Below are positions 50,000-59,687 of a DNA stretch of 64,000 bases, piece by piece. The stretch is from Candidatus Latescibacterota bacterium (GTDB lineage Bacteria; Latescibacterota; UBA2968), in assembly GCA_965198115.1 (NCBI GenBank), contig OZ240241.1:3744001-3808000 (forward strand), read 5' to 3'. Under the pieces are notes generated by a model that was given only the letters and a program-made list of their open reading frames with translations, did no database searches and was not told the origin of the DNA. Position 1 is the first letter of the stretch. Every line of letters starts with the position of its first letter. The translations under genes were made by a program, and so were the position numbers.

Positions 50000-50194
50000 A
50001 TGCCGAAGATGAAGACACACAAGTCCGCGGCGAAGCGGTTCAAACGCAGGAAGTCCGGACAGATTGTTCGAGGGAAAACGCCGAAAAACCACAACTTGGC
50101 GAAGAAATCGCCCAAACATAAGCGACAGGTGCGACAACGCGGGTCGGTTAGTGCAGCCGACAAGGGCCGTGTTGAACGCATGCTGGGTGTCTGA
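50000..50194 (+). CDS. rpmI: 50S ribosomal protein L35
   Basis: MPKMKTHKSAAKRFK; position between infC and rplT. Confidence 0.96.
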   Translation: MPKMKTHKSAAKRFKRRKSGQIVRGKTPKNHNLAKKSPKHKRQVRQRGSVSAADKGRVERMLGV

Positions 50195-50212
50195 GCTGAA
50201 AGGAGATCGACT

Positions 50213-50569
50213 ATGCCCAGAACAACCAATCGTGTCGCTTCCCGGAGACGTCGCAAGAAGATTCTGAAAGCGGCGAAGGGGTACCGGGGTGGGCGAAGCA
50301 AACTGCTGCGGACCGCTAAAGACGCGGTCGATCGGTCGGGTAGCTATGCGTATCGCGACCGCCGACAGAAGAAACGTCAGTTCAGGTCGCTGTGGATCAC
50401 GCGGATAAACGCCGCCGCGCGTGTTCACGACGTGTCCTACAGCCGTCTGATCGATGGCCTTACTAAATCGGGTGTTGAGGTGAACCGCAAAGTCCTGGCC
50501 GATCTGGCCATTACCGACGATGCTGCCTTCGGGGCGCTCGTCGAGGAAGCGAAAAAAGCGATAAAATGA
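50213..50569 (+). CDS. rplT: 50S ribosomal protein L20
   Basis: [41 protein letters not shown]. Confidence 0.98.
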   Translation: MPRTTNRVASRRRRKKILKAAKGYRGGRSKLLRTAKDAVDRSGSYAYRDRRQKKRQFRSLWITRINAAARVHDVSYSRLIDGLTKSGVEVNRKVLADLAITDDAAFGALVEEAKKAIK

Positions 50570-50590
50570 GGGGTTAGGACGAAGTTAGAC

Positions 50591-50626
50591 AGGCGGAGCC
50601 GCGTTTCGAGCGGCTCCGCCTTTTCT
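50591..50626 (+). terminator. Rho-independent terminator after rplT
   Basis: AGGCGGAGCCGC-GTTTCGA-GCGGCTCCGCCT-TTTCT. Confidence 0.85.
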
Positions 50627-50651
50627 ATGTACGCGTTCCAGGGCCGTCGGG

Positions 50652-50680
50652 TTGACTTGGCTCCTGGGACGTGTTACATT
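50652..50680 (+). promoter_or_regulatory. Sigma70-type promoter for zapB-zapA-rny
   Basis: TTGACT-N17-TACATT with extended -10 TG. Confidence 0.65.
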
Positions 50681-50746
50681 CGCGGTGTATGGATCTTTCG
50701 AAGCTATTGATTTTGAACCAGTTTCGCCAAATTCAGAGAGGTTGAA

Positions 50747-51052
50747 ATGAGCACCGAGGTTCAGGCGGAAACGGCGGTCAGCGAAGGCATCGACCGTCTG
50801 CTGGGAGAGATCGATCGGGCCGTGTCGCTTATCGATCGATTGCGGGGCGACATCGCGGCGTTGGAGGAGGAAAAGACTTCACTCGAATCCCGATTGTCCG
50901 CGCAGACGCAGGAAAACGAAACGCTCCGGACCGATCGGGATCGACTTCAGCGCGTGTACGACGACAATGCGTCATTGATCGAGCACAAGGGCGAAATCCA
51001 GAGCAAGATCGATCAAATGCTCAGCCGGCTCGACGACGTACACGCCACGTAG
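50747..51052 (+). CDS. Coiled-coil protein, ZapB-like
   Basis: Heptad pattern throughout, ends KIDQMLSRL; directly upstream of zapA. Confidence 0.7.
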   Translation: MSTEVQAETAVSEGIDRLLGEIDRAVSLIDRLRGDIAALEEEKTSLESRLSAQTQENETLRTDRDRLQRVYDDNASLIEHKGEIQSKIDQMLSRLDDVHAT

Positions 51053-51073
51053 CGATCGGGGAATAGATCGCGA

Positions 51074-51352
51074 ATGACCGACGGTCCAGTTACGAACGTC
51101 AGCATTTTCGGGACGGAGTACAAAATTTCGTCCTCTATTGATCCCGAGCGTACCCAACGCGTCGCCCGTCTCGTCGACCGGCAGATGCGCGAAGTTGCCA
51201 GCAGTCTTTCGTTACGTTCCGTGACTACGATCGCCGTCCTGGCGGTGGTAAATCTGGCCGACGAGCTCCGGCGAGAGCAGGCTGACGCCGAACGCCTGTC
51301 AAAGACCGTGGCTTCGTCGGCAGAACGGCTCGCGCTCGCTCTCAGGTCCTGA
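51074..51352 (+). CDS. zapA: Cell division protein ZapA
   Basis: VSIFGTEY, VARLVDRQM, IAVLAVVNLADEL. Confidence 0.9.
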   Translation: MTDGPVTNVSIFGTEYKISSSIDPERTQRVARLVDRQMREVASSLSLRSVTTIAVLAVVNLADELRREQADAERLSKTVASSAERLALALRS

Positions 51353-51488
51353 GCCGCGCCGACCGCGTTCCGAGCGACTCGATTCTATTCCCTTTCATCC
51401 GACTGTGTCGTCCACGACAGAGGGCTATTCGTCTGTGGACCGACCGCCGGGATGTCAGGGATGTTTGTTTTTAGAGAGGATACTGCAG

Positions 51489-53063
51489 ATGGATGCAACG
51501 GTTGGGACGCTGCCGGTCGTGCTGCTTTCCGGCGGCCTCCTGTTTCTCGGGTTTATCCTGGGATGGCTTCTGAGTACCAGGGCTGCGCACAGCAAGATTC
51601 ACCGTGCGGAGTCGACGGCTGAGCAACTGATCGAAGATGCCAGGCAGGAGGCCGATTCGATGAAGCGAACGTCGGTACTGGAAGCTCGAGACCAGATGCA
51701 CGAAGAACGTATCGCGTTCGACCGGAAGATGGAGGCCGACCAGGAGGAGCTGAAGCACACACAGGTTCAGTTGACGAGCCTGGATCGGCAGCTTGAGAAG
51801 CGAGCGGACCTTCTGAATCACAAGGAAGAGACGATTCTACACCGAGACGAGGAACTCTCGGCGAAAGAAGAATCCGTTCAGGAGATGCAGGATACACTCC
51901 AGGAGGGTCTGCAGGAGCAGACTCGTCGGTTGGAACGCCTTGCGGAAATGTCCCGTCAGGAGGCGAAGCAGGCCCTCATCGAGTCACTCGAAGACGAGGC
52001 ACGAGAAGACGCCGGTTGGCGCATCAAGGAAATCCGGGACGAGGCCCTTACACGGGCCAACGAGGAGGCGCGAGAAATCATATCCAGTGCGATCCAGCGT
52101 CTGGCCTCGGATCACACGGTCGAGTCGACGGTTGCATCCGTCAGGCTGCCGAATGAAGAGATGAAGGGCCGCATTATCGGTCGAGAGGGTCGCAACATCC
52201 GAGCGTTCGAGATGGCAACGGGGGTCGATGTCATCGTGGACGACACACCAGAGGCGGTTGTGCTTTCGGGATTCGACCCGATACGCAGGGCGGTCGCGAA
52301 GATGTCGCTCGAACACCTGGTGACGGATGGTCGTATCCATCCCGGTCGCATCGAGGAAGTCGTACAAAGGTCGCAAGAGTCGATTCAAGAGGTCATCCGG
52401 GAGTCTGGAGAACAGGCGGCCTACGACATCGGTGTTACCCGATTACACGAGCGATTGCAAGAAATCCTCGGCCGGCTTCGCTTCCGTACGAGCTACGGAC
52501 AGAACATTCTCAACCACAGCAAAGAAGTTGCTTTCCTGACAGGGATGATGGCGACCCATCTGGGGTTGGACACTCAACTGGCCAAGCGCGCAGGGCTCCT
52601 GCACGATGTCGGGAAGGGTCTCTACCAGGAGGCTGAAGGTACTGTAGGCGAGGTCGGCGCCGATGTGGCTCGCAAATACGGAGAAAACGAGATCGTCGTG
52701 AATGCGATCGAATCGCACCACAAGGAGGCGGATCCTTCGTCGCTGATCTCGGTGCTCGTGGACGCGGCCGATTCGATTTCGCGCGATCGACCCGGTGCGC
52801 AGCGAGAGGTGATCGAAAACTACGTGCGACGGCTGCAGCGTCTGGAGGATCGTGCCCGCGGAATCGACGGCGTGGAACAGGTTTACGCCATCCAGGCGGG
52901 GCGGGAGGTTCGCGTTGTCGCGAACTCCGATCAGATGAGCGATCGGGACACGGAACGTCTGGCCGGAGAGATTTCCAAGGGGTTGGAGAAGGACACGACG
53001 TTCCCGGGCCCGGTTAAGGTCACCGTGATCCGTGAGACACGCGCAGTGGAGTTTGCAAGGTAG
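51489..53063 (+). CDS. rny: Ribonuclease Y
   Basis: N-terminal TM, coiled coil, KH MKGRIIGREGRNIR, RTSYGQN, LLHDVGK, QAGRE. Confidence 0.97.
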   Translation: MDATVGTLPVVLLSGGLLFLGFILGWLLSTRAAHSKIHRAESTAEQLIEDARQEADSMKRTSVLEARDQMHEERIAFDRKMEADQEELKHTQVQLTSLDRQLEKRADLLNHKEETILHRDEELSAKEESVQEMQDTLQEGLQEQTRRLERLAEMSRQEAKQALIESLEDEAREDAGWRIKEIRDEALTRANEEAREIISSAIQRLASDHTVESTVASVRLPNEEMKGRIIGREGRNIRAFEMATGVDVIVDDTPEAVVLSGFDPIRRAVAKMSLEHLVTDGRIHPGRIEEVVQRSQESIQEVIRESGEQAAYDIGVTRLHERLQEILGRLRFRTSYGQNILNHSKEVAFLTGMMATHLGLDTQLAKRAGLLHDVGKGLYQEAEGTVGEVGADVARKYGENEIVVNAIESHHKEADPSSLISVLVDAADSISRDRPGAQREVIENYVRRLQRLEDRARGIDGVEQVYAIQAGREVRVVANSDQMSDRDTERLAGEISKGLEKDTTFPGPVKVTVIRETRAVEFAR

Positions 53064-53106
53064 TGCAATCGTTTCTTTCCGAGAGCCGGCGACACAGGGA
53101 GGGGAT

Positions 53107-53892
53107 GTGAAGATTCTGTTCGTGGGCGACGTGTATGGAAGGGCCGGGCGTCGGGCGGCTTCTGAATTGGTTCCGCAGCTGATGACCGATCACGCGGTCG
53201 ATTTCTGCATCATCAACGGCGAGAACGCAGCAGGCGGATTCGGAATCACCGAAAACCTCGGGAAGAAGCTCCACGCCTACGGCGCCGACGTGATTACGAC
53301 GGGAAACCACGTCTGGGACCAGAAGAGCGGCGTCCCTTATGTCCAATCAGGCGATCGGATCCTCAGACCCGCCAACTATCCACCTTCGGTCGGGGGAACG
53401 GGGAGCGGTTTGTTCGAGGCTCGGAACGGGCGGTTCGTGGGCGTCCTGAACATCCAGGGCCGTACGGGTCTGAGACCGGTGGACTGTCCCTTTCGCATCG
53501 GGCGGCGACTGGTCGACGACTTGAAGAAAGAGACACCGATCGTGTTCGTCGACTTTCACGCCGAGGCGACGTCCGAAAAGATCGCGATGGGCTGGTATCT
53601 CGACGGTCGAGCCAGCGCGGTCATCGGCACGCACACCCACGTGCAAACGGCGGACGAGCAGATCCTTCCCGGCGGCACGGCCTACATGACCGACTCCGGA
53701 ATGACGGGCCCCCACGACTCGGTGATCGGCGCCGAGAAAGAGGCTGTGATCCAGCAGTTCCTCGATCGGATGCCCACCCGCTACGAACCCGCGGAAGGGG
53801 ACACCAAGCTGTGCGGGGCGCTGATCGACGTGGACGACGACACCGGACGCTCCACCGCGATCGAGCGGCTGCGCATCGACGTTCCCGAATAG
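53107..53892 (+). CDS. ymdB: YmdB-family metallophosphoesterase
   Basis: FVGDV, NGENAAGG, TGNH, DFHAEATSEK, GTHTHV, GMTGP. Confidence 0.95.
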   Translation: MKILFVGDVYGRAGRRAASELVPQLMTDHAVDFCIINGENAAGGFGITENLGKKLHAYGADVITTGNHVWDQKSGVPYVQSGDRILRPANYPPSVGGTGSGLFEARNGRFVGVLNIQGRTGLRPVDCPFRIGRRLVDDLKKETPIVFVDFHAEATSEKIAMGWYLDGRASAVIGTHTHVQTADEQILPGGTAYMTDSGMTGPHDSVIGAEKEAVIQQFLDRMPTRYEPAEGDTKLCGALIDVDDDTGRSTAIERLRIDVPE

Positions 53893-54000
53893 CCAACGAC
53901 GGCGCGATTTCGATGCTCGGCGCGGATGCCGGACCCGTTTCCGCCACTCCCTCACGCGTCCCATTCTGTCTATATTCACTCTCGATTTCTCAGCCTTCCA

Positions 54001-55388
54001 GGTGAGGTCCCTATCCTAGTTGAAACTTAAAGGGCTCCAAACTTACGTTGTGGGTAGACGTGTGAGAGCGTGTACCCGTAAGAAAGGAGCCCACGATGGA
54101 GAAGCTATTTGCAGGGGATGGCGAAGTCAAGGTTGGGTCAGACGTTATGGATTTGGAGACGCGTTTATCGGTGATCCGGGCGCTGATTCCGCTGGGTCTG
54201 GAGGCCGTTGCCGACGTGCTCCAGCAGGAGGTGGAGCAGCTCGCAGGCGTTCGGTATGCGCGTAAGGGTTCAGAGCAGTCGCATCGTCGATGGGGAAGCC
54301 AGAAAGGGTCCGTGTATCTGATGGACCAGAAGCTGCCGGTGGCCGTTCCCCGTGTGCGCGACGTCGAGTCCGATACGGAGGTTTCTCTGGCCGCATACCG
54401 GGGGATGCAGAGGCCCAGAGCGATGGATGAGAAGCTGCTGCTTCGTGTGCTCAAGGGAATCTCCTGTCGCAACTACAGAGCCTGTGCAGAGTCGGTACCC
54501 GAAGCGTTCGGAATCTCGGCATCCTCCGTCTCGCGACGGTTCATCAAAGCCACCGCAAAGAAGCTGAAGCAGTTCCAGGAACGACCGCTCGACGACTACG
54601 ACTTGGTCGCCCTGTTCATCGACGGAAAGAGCTTTGCCGACGAAGAGATCGTGATCGCTCCGGGCGTCACGACGGACGGCCAGAAGATCCCCCTGGGCTT
54701 CGTCGAATCGGCGACGGAGAACGAACGGATCTGCCGTCAGCTGATCCAGGATCTCATCCGGAGAGGCCTGTGCTACGACCAGGGCCTTCTCGTTGTGCTG
54801 GACGGCTCAAAGGGACTCCGCAGTGCCGTCACCAAAGCCCTCAAAGGGGATGTGTGCGTGCATCGCTGTCAGTGGCACAAGCGCGAGAACGTCGTCAGCT
54901 ACCTCCCGGAGGCAGAACGTCCAAGAGTTCGACGGAAACTTCAGAAAGCCTATGACTGCGACACCTACGAGGAGGCAAAGGCCGCACTCGAATCACTCAA
55001 ACCCGAACTCAAGCTGATGAATCAGTCTGCCGTGGCAAGCCTCGAGGAAGGACTGGAGGAAACCCTGACCCTCCACCGGCTGGGGATGCTCCCGTTCTTG
55101 AAGCGAAGCTTCCGAACCACCAATTGCATCGAGGCGCTCAACAGCATGACCGGCAACCTGATACGGAAGGTCAACCGCTGGAACAACTCTCCTCAGCGAC
55201 ACAGATGGGTCGCGGCCGCACTCCTCGACATCGAACCACGCCTGCGACGCGTGAGCGGATACAAACACCTCCCGCTGCTCAGGCAAGCACTGAAAAACAA
55301 CCTGAATCTCGGCGACAATCAAGATGCTCGGCAGAGAGCATGAATACCACGGAGCCCGATGAGTTTCAACTGACTATGGGACTTGACC
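54001..55388 (+). mobile_element. IS256-family element, type B copy 2 (1,388 bp)
   Basis: 8-bp duplication GCCTTCCA at 53993-54000 and 55389-55396; inverted near-identical copy of 45859-47246. Confidence 0.93.
54096..55343 (+). CDS. IS256 transposase
   Basis: Protein identical to 45904-47151. Confidence 0.93.
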   Translation: MEKLFAGDGEVKVGSDVMDLETRLSVIRALIPLGLEAVADVLQQEVEQLAGVRYARKGSEQSHRRWGSQKGSVYLMDQKLPVAVPRVRDVESDTEVSLAAYRGMQRPRAMDEKLLLRVLKGISCRNYRACAESVPEAFGISASSVSRRFIKATAKKLKQFQERPLDDYDLVALFIDGKSFADEEIVIAPGVTTDGQKIPLGFVESATENERICRQLIQDLIRRGLCYDQGLLVVLDGSKGLRSAVTKALKGDVCVHRCQWHKRENVVSYLPEAERPRVRRKLQKAYDCDTYEEAKAALESLKPELKLMNQSAVASLEEGLEETLTLHRLGMLPFLKRSFRTTNCIEALNSMTGNLIRKVNRWNNSPQRHRWVAAALLDIEPRLRRVSGYKHLPLLRQALKNNLNLGDNQDARQRA

Positions 55389-55418
55389 GCCTTCCATCCT
55401 TCCGGACAAACACCCACT

Positions 55419-56648
55419 TTGGCCGATCGACCCTACAGCGTTACTGAAGTCACGCGCTCTCTTCGACAGACGATCGAAATGGAGTTCCCCCCATTGTGGG
55501 TCGTCGGCGAGCTCGCCTCCTACACCGAGCACGCGTCGGGACACCGATACTTCACGCTCAAGGATGAACGTTCCCAGCTGCGTTGTGTGATGTGGCGATC
55601 GACGGAGCTGCGGGACTTCAAGCCCGAATCGGGAATGGAGGTCGTGGCGCGTGGGCGACTGACGGTTTACGAACGAAGCGGGCAGTATCAGCTGACGGTA
55701 CAGCGATTGATGCCTGCAGGAATGGGTGCCCAGCAGCAGGCGCTCGAGGCCCTCAAACGCAAGCTGCAAAAGGAAGGGCTGTTCGACGAAGCGCGGAAGC
55801 GACCATTGCCCACCTTCCCTGCTGCCGCCGGAGTTCTCACCTCCTCCTCAGGCGCCGCGATTCGGGACATTCTGAACGTGCTGTCCCGACGCTTCGCCGG
55901 CCTGCACGTGGTGTTTCGTCCAGCCGTCGTTCAGGGTGCCGAGGCTGCGTCGAGTATCGCTCAGGGAGTGGCAGACCTGAACGCATTCGGTGGGCTCGAC
56001 GTACTGATTGTTGGCCGTGGGGGAGGAGCCGCCGAGGACCTCGCCGCTTTCAATACCGAGAGAGTCGTGCGAGCGGTGGCTGCGAGCGTCGTGCCGGTGA
56101 TTTCCGCCGTGGGTCACGAAATCGACTACACGCTGACGGATCTGGTGGCCGATGTGCGTGCGCCTACGCCCTCGGCGGCGGCCGAACTGGTGGTGCGAGA
56201 TGCGGGCGATCTGCGGTCCCGTGTGCGCGATCTGCATGGGCGCTTAGTGGACACGATGGATCGTCTCATCACAGAGAGCGACGAGCTGCTGGAGGGCTAC
56301 GGCGAGCGATACGGGCTCAGGCGTGTAGAAGATCTGTTGACGCAACACGTGCAGACGATCGACGATCTGGAACACGGTCTTGGTCGTGAAACGAGTCAGG
56401 TGTTCGAACGACACTACGCGGACTATCGCAGACTGACAGCCACGCTCGATACGTTGAGCCCCCTGTCGGTACTGAGCCGTGGCTACAGTATCGCCCAGCG
56501 GGTGGACAGTGGGGAACCCGTTCGGGACGCAGGCACGCTGACACAAGGAGATCGACTGTCGATTCGGCTGCACAAGGGGCAAGTTGGCGCGACGGTCGAC
56601 ACCGTCGAACCGGAAGACGAGGATGGACAGTTTAGATTGAAGATTTGA
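55419..56648 (+). CDS. xseA: Exodeoxyribonuclease VII large subunit
   Basis: SVTEV, SGHRYFTLKD, GAAIRD, GRGGG..EDL..FN, SAVGHEID, APTPSAAAE; native start probably TTG 55419 (the track's start 55383 lies in the IS end). Confidence 0.95.
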   Translation: MADRPYSVTEVTRSLRQTIEMEFPPLWVVGELASYTEHASGHRYFTLKDERSQLRCVMWRSTELRDFKPESGMEVVARGRLTVYERSGQYQLTVQRLMPAGMGAQQQALEALKRKLQKEGLFDEARKRPLPTFPAAAGVLTSSSGAAIRDILNVLSRRFAGLHVVFRPAVVQGAEAASSIAQGVADLNAFGGLDVLIVGRGGGAAEDLAAFNTERVVRAVAASVVPVISAVGHEIDYTLTDLVADVRAPTPSAAAELVVRDAGDLRSRVRDLHGRLVDTMDRLITESDELLEGYGERYGLRRVEDLLTQHVQTIDDLEHGLGRETSQVFERHYADYRRLTATLDTLSPLSVLSRGYSIAQRVDSGEPVRDAGTLTQGDRLSIRLHKGQVGATVDTVEPEDEDGQFRLKI

Positions 56649-56716
56649 CATCGAGAATCGAGAATTGAAGACCGGTGTTCCGCTATTCAGTTCTCGATAT
56701 CGATTCTCCGTATTCA
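56649..56716. repeat. Inverted heptamer repeats between xseA and xseB
   Basis: ATCGAGA ATCGAGA ATTGAA .. TTCAGT TCTCGAT ATCGATT CTC; same unit family as 21722-21760. Confidence 0.6.
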
Positions 56717-56741
56717 ATGCTTCGCGTAGCCGGAGGTGAAC

Positions 56742-57005
56742 ATGAGCGAGGAAGAAGAAGACGTTTCCTTCGAGGCGTCGCTTAAGGAATTAGAAGAGGC
56801 GGTCGATCGGCTCGAGACGGGAAACCTTCCGCTCGACGACGCGCTGAAATATTTCGAGGTGGGTTTAAAGGCGTCCAACGTCTGCCGTGCGAAGCTGGAG
56901 GAGGCCAAGCAACGCGTCGATGTCCTTATGAAGGAGAGTGGTGGGGCCCTGAGTCTGACACCGTTCGACGAGGACGAGTCGCCGGAAGAAGGCGCATCGC
57001 AGTAG
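56742..57005 (+). CDS. xseB: Exodeoxyribonuclease VII small subunit
   Basis: SFEASLKELE..LE.G.LPLDDAL..FE.G; GGAGGT SD. Confidence 0.95.
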   Translation: MSEEEEDVSFEASLKELEEAVDRLETGNLPLDDALKYFEVGLKASNVCRAKLEEAKQRVDVLMKESGGALSLTPFDEDESPEEGASQ

Positions 57006-57108
57006 GGTGTTCCCGACGGACCGCCTTGTCGGTGCCAGGAGATCTGGGTATTATGATGGCCGTCCAGGAGCTGAACGTGTTGTGGTTCAAAAAGATACGG
57101 GCGTTGCA

Positions 57109-57984
57109 ATGAATCGCATCGGGGTGTTCGCGAATGTGACGCGCGACGGTATGGGTCGACACGTCGAACGTCTTGCGTCGCTCGTCTCCGACCGAGGGGT
57201 CGAGGTCGTGCTGTTCGAGGATCTGGCCGACGTTTGTGCCGAATCGTCCCACGCCTTCGTCGACGGCGCCACCCTCGCACAACAGGCGGAGCTGGTGATC
57301 GCCATGGGGGGCGACGGGACGCTCCTACGGGCGGCCGCGTTGGTGCGGGAGACAGGCACGCCGATCCTCGGCGTCAACCTCGGGCGCCTTGGATTTCTCG
57401 CGGGCGCGGCGCCCGACACGCTCGACCGAAGTCTCGACCGGCTGACGAGCGGCGACTATGAAGTCGAGGAACGGCTCGCGCTCGAGGCTGTCGCGGATGG
57501 CAAAACGGCCTTTAGCCTGAACGAGTTCGTGATCGAACGCGGCACACTCGCCCGGATCATCCAGCTGACGACGCGGATCGACGAGGAATTGGTCAGCGCC
57601 TTTTGGGGCAATGGCCTGATCGTCTCGACGCCGACGGGATCGACGAGCTACAGCCTGTCGGGAGGCGGCCCTGTTCTGCACCCCTCGCTGGAGGCTGTGG
57701 TCATCACGCCGCTTTGCCCACACGCTTTGTCGCAGCGGCCGATCGTCGTGCCCGGGCACCAGACGATCGAAATCGAAGTGTTCGCAGAACACCAGGACAT
57801 CATCCTGACGGCGGACGGGTTGACGGTGACCAGCCTCGAGCCGGCCGATCGGGTAACGATTCGCACCGCGGACCGACCGGTCCGGCTGGTCAACCTGCAG
57901 GGTCTGTCGTTTTACGAACTGCTTCGGACAAAGCTCGACTGGAGCCTCGCCGATCCGGCTTCGGAGAGTCCAGACAGTGCTTAA
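57109..57984 (+). CDS. nadK: NAD kinase
   Basis: GGDGTLL, GVNLGRLGFL, LNE, STPTGSTSYSLSGGGP. Confidence 0.95.
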   Translation: MNRIGVFANVTRDGMGRHVERLASLVSDRGVEVVLFEDLADVCAESSHAFVDGATLAQQAELVIAMGGDGTLLRAAALVRETGTPILGVNLGRLGFLAGAAPDTLDRSLDRLTSGDYEVEERLALEAVADGKTAFSLNEFVIERGTLARIIQLTTRIDEELVSAFWGNGLIVSTPTGSTSYSLSGGGPVLHPSLEAVVITPLCPHALSQRPIVVPGHQTIEIEVFAEHQDIILTADGLTVTSLEPADRVTIRTADRPVRLVNLQGLSFYELLRTKLDWSLADPASESPDSA

Positions 57985-59677
57985 CCGCCTGCGAGTCTCG
58001 CACTACGCCCTAATCGACGAGGTCGAGATCGAATTCGGCGCCGGTCTGAACATCATCACGGGCGAAACGGGAGCGGGTAAGTCGATCCTGATGGGTGCGC
58101 TGGGCCTCGTCCTCGGTGTTCGAGCCAACGCCGACGTCATTCGAACGGGGGAGTCACGCTGCTCGGTCGAGGCGATTTTCGAATTCACTTCCGGTCATCC
58201 GTCCCTCGGGCTACTGGAAGCCATGGGTGTCGACGTCGACGATGGCGAGCTGATCTTGCGGCGAGAGGTCAACGTAGAGGGCCGGAGCCGCTGTTTTGCC
58301 AACGGGTCGGCGATTCCCGTTCGGTCCCTCCAGTCACTCGGGCGTCTGTTGGTCGATCTGCACGGGCAACACGATCATCAGTCGTTGCTCGACACGGATC
58401 GTCACCTCGAGTTTCTGGATGGATACGCTGGACACCCAGATCGGGTCGATGCGGTTAGAGAGTGCTACGGGGAGCTGTCGCTGCTGCGTGCACGACTGAA
58501 CGGCCTGGACACCGAATCGGCACGTCTGGGAGAACGGCGTGAATTGCTGTCATTCCAGCTCGACGAGATCGAAACGGCGGCGGTCGAGTCTGGCGAGGAC
58601 GAGGCGCTCGCGAACGAACGATCCCTGCTCGAGAACGCAGAGCGGCTGATCGAGACGGCCACACAGATCGAGCAGCTGCTGTATCAGGCCGAAGACTCAA
58701 TCGCCGATCGTGTGGGGTTGGCAGAAAATCTGCTAAGCGACGCCGCCCAGGTCGACACATCGTTGGCATCCCGTCTGAAAGAGCTCGAGGCGATCGGCTA
58801 CGAAGTCGAGGAGCTGTCGCGGTTCTTCACCAGTTATGGTCAGACGATCGAACACGATCCTGAACGGCTCTCGGTTGTCGTGGATCGCATCGAAACGCTC
58901 AGCCGGTTGAAGACGAAGTATGGGGGGGCCATCGCAGCGATTCTGTCGTATGCCCAAGACGCGCGCGAGGAACTCACCAGGGCAGATGCGTCTGACGCCG
59001 ATCAGCGAGCCGTCCTCGAAGAGATCGAGGCGGTTCGTGTCCGATTCGTCGAAGCGTGTGATCGGCTCTCGAGATCGCGTCTCGATGCCGCGGAAAGGAT
59101 GACGGCGGACATCGAGTCTTCGCTGGCCGAATTGGGGATGCCGGATGTGAAGTTCGAAGTGGTTTTCGTGCGAGACTCCGCGCCGGAGGGTGAAGTCGAA
59201 ATCGAAGGAGCGCGCTATGCCGCCGGAGCAGACGGGGCCGAGCGATGTGAGTTTCACCTGTCGACGAACCCCGGTGAAGCCGTGAGACCGCTCGTCCGCA
59301 TTGCGTCCGGGGGAGAGATTTCGAGGATCATGTTGGCTCTCAAATCGGTTCTGGCGCAGATGGATACGGTTCAGGTCTTGATCTTCGACGAGATCGATCT
59401 CGGCATCTCCGGGCGTGTCGCGGAGGTCGTCGGCCGGAGACTCAAGTCTCTGGCAGATACGTGCCAGACCGTGTCGATTACGCATCTGCCGCAGATCGCG
59501 AAGATGGCCGATCGGCATTTCTCCGTGCGGAAGGAGACGGACGGGGTCAGGACCGAGACGTTCGTTCGCCCCCTCGACGACGAGGAACGGATCGACGAGT
59601 TGGCCAAATTGCTGGGTGGCGAAGAGATATCGACCCTGACGGTCGAGCACGCACGGGAAATGTTGTCGAAGAACTGA
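57977..59677 (+). CDS. recN: DNA repair protein RecN
   Basis: TGETGAGKS, HGQHDHQ, ASGGEISR, IFDEID, ITHLPQ. Confidence 0.97.
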   Translation: MLNRLRVSHYALIDEVEIEFGAGLNIITGETGAGKSILMGALGLVLGVRANADVIRTGESRCSVEAIFEFTSGHPSLGLLEAMGVDVDDGELILRREVNVEGRSRCFANGSAIPVRSLQSLGRLLVDLHGQHDHQSLLDTDRHLEFLDGYAGHPDRVDAVRECYGELSLLRARLNGLDTESARLGERRELLSFQLDEIETAAVESGEDEALANERSLLENAERLIETATQIEQLLYQAEDSIADRVGLAENLLSDAAQVDTSLASRLKELEAIGYEVEELSRFFTSYGQTIEHDPERLSVVVDRIETLSRLKTKYGGAIAAILSYAQDAREELTRADASDADQRAVLEEIEAVRVRFVEACDRLSRSRLDAAERMTADIESSLAELGMPDVKFEVVFVRDSAPEGEVEIEGARYAAGADGAERCEFHLSTNPGEAVRPLVRIASGGEISRIMLALKSVLAQMDTVQVLIFDEIDLGISGRVAEVVGRRLKSLADTCQTVSITHLPQIAKMADRHFSVRKETDGVRTETFVRPLDDEERIDELAKLLGGEEISTLTVEHAREMLSKN

Positions 59678-59687
59678 GGAGCACGCT

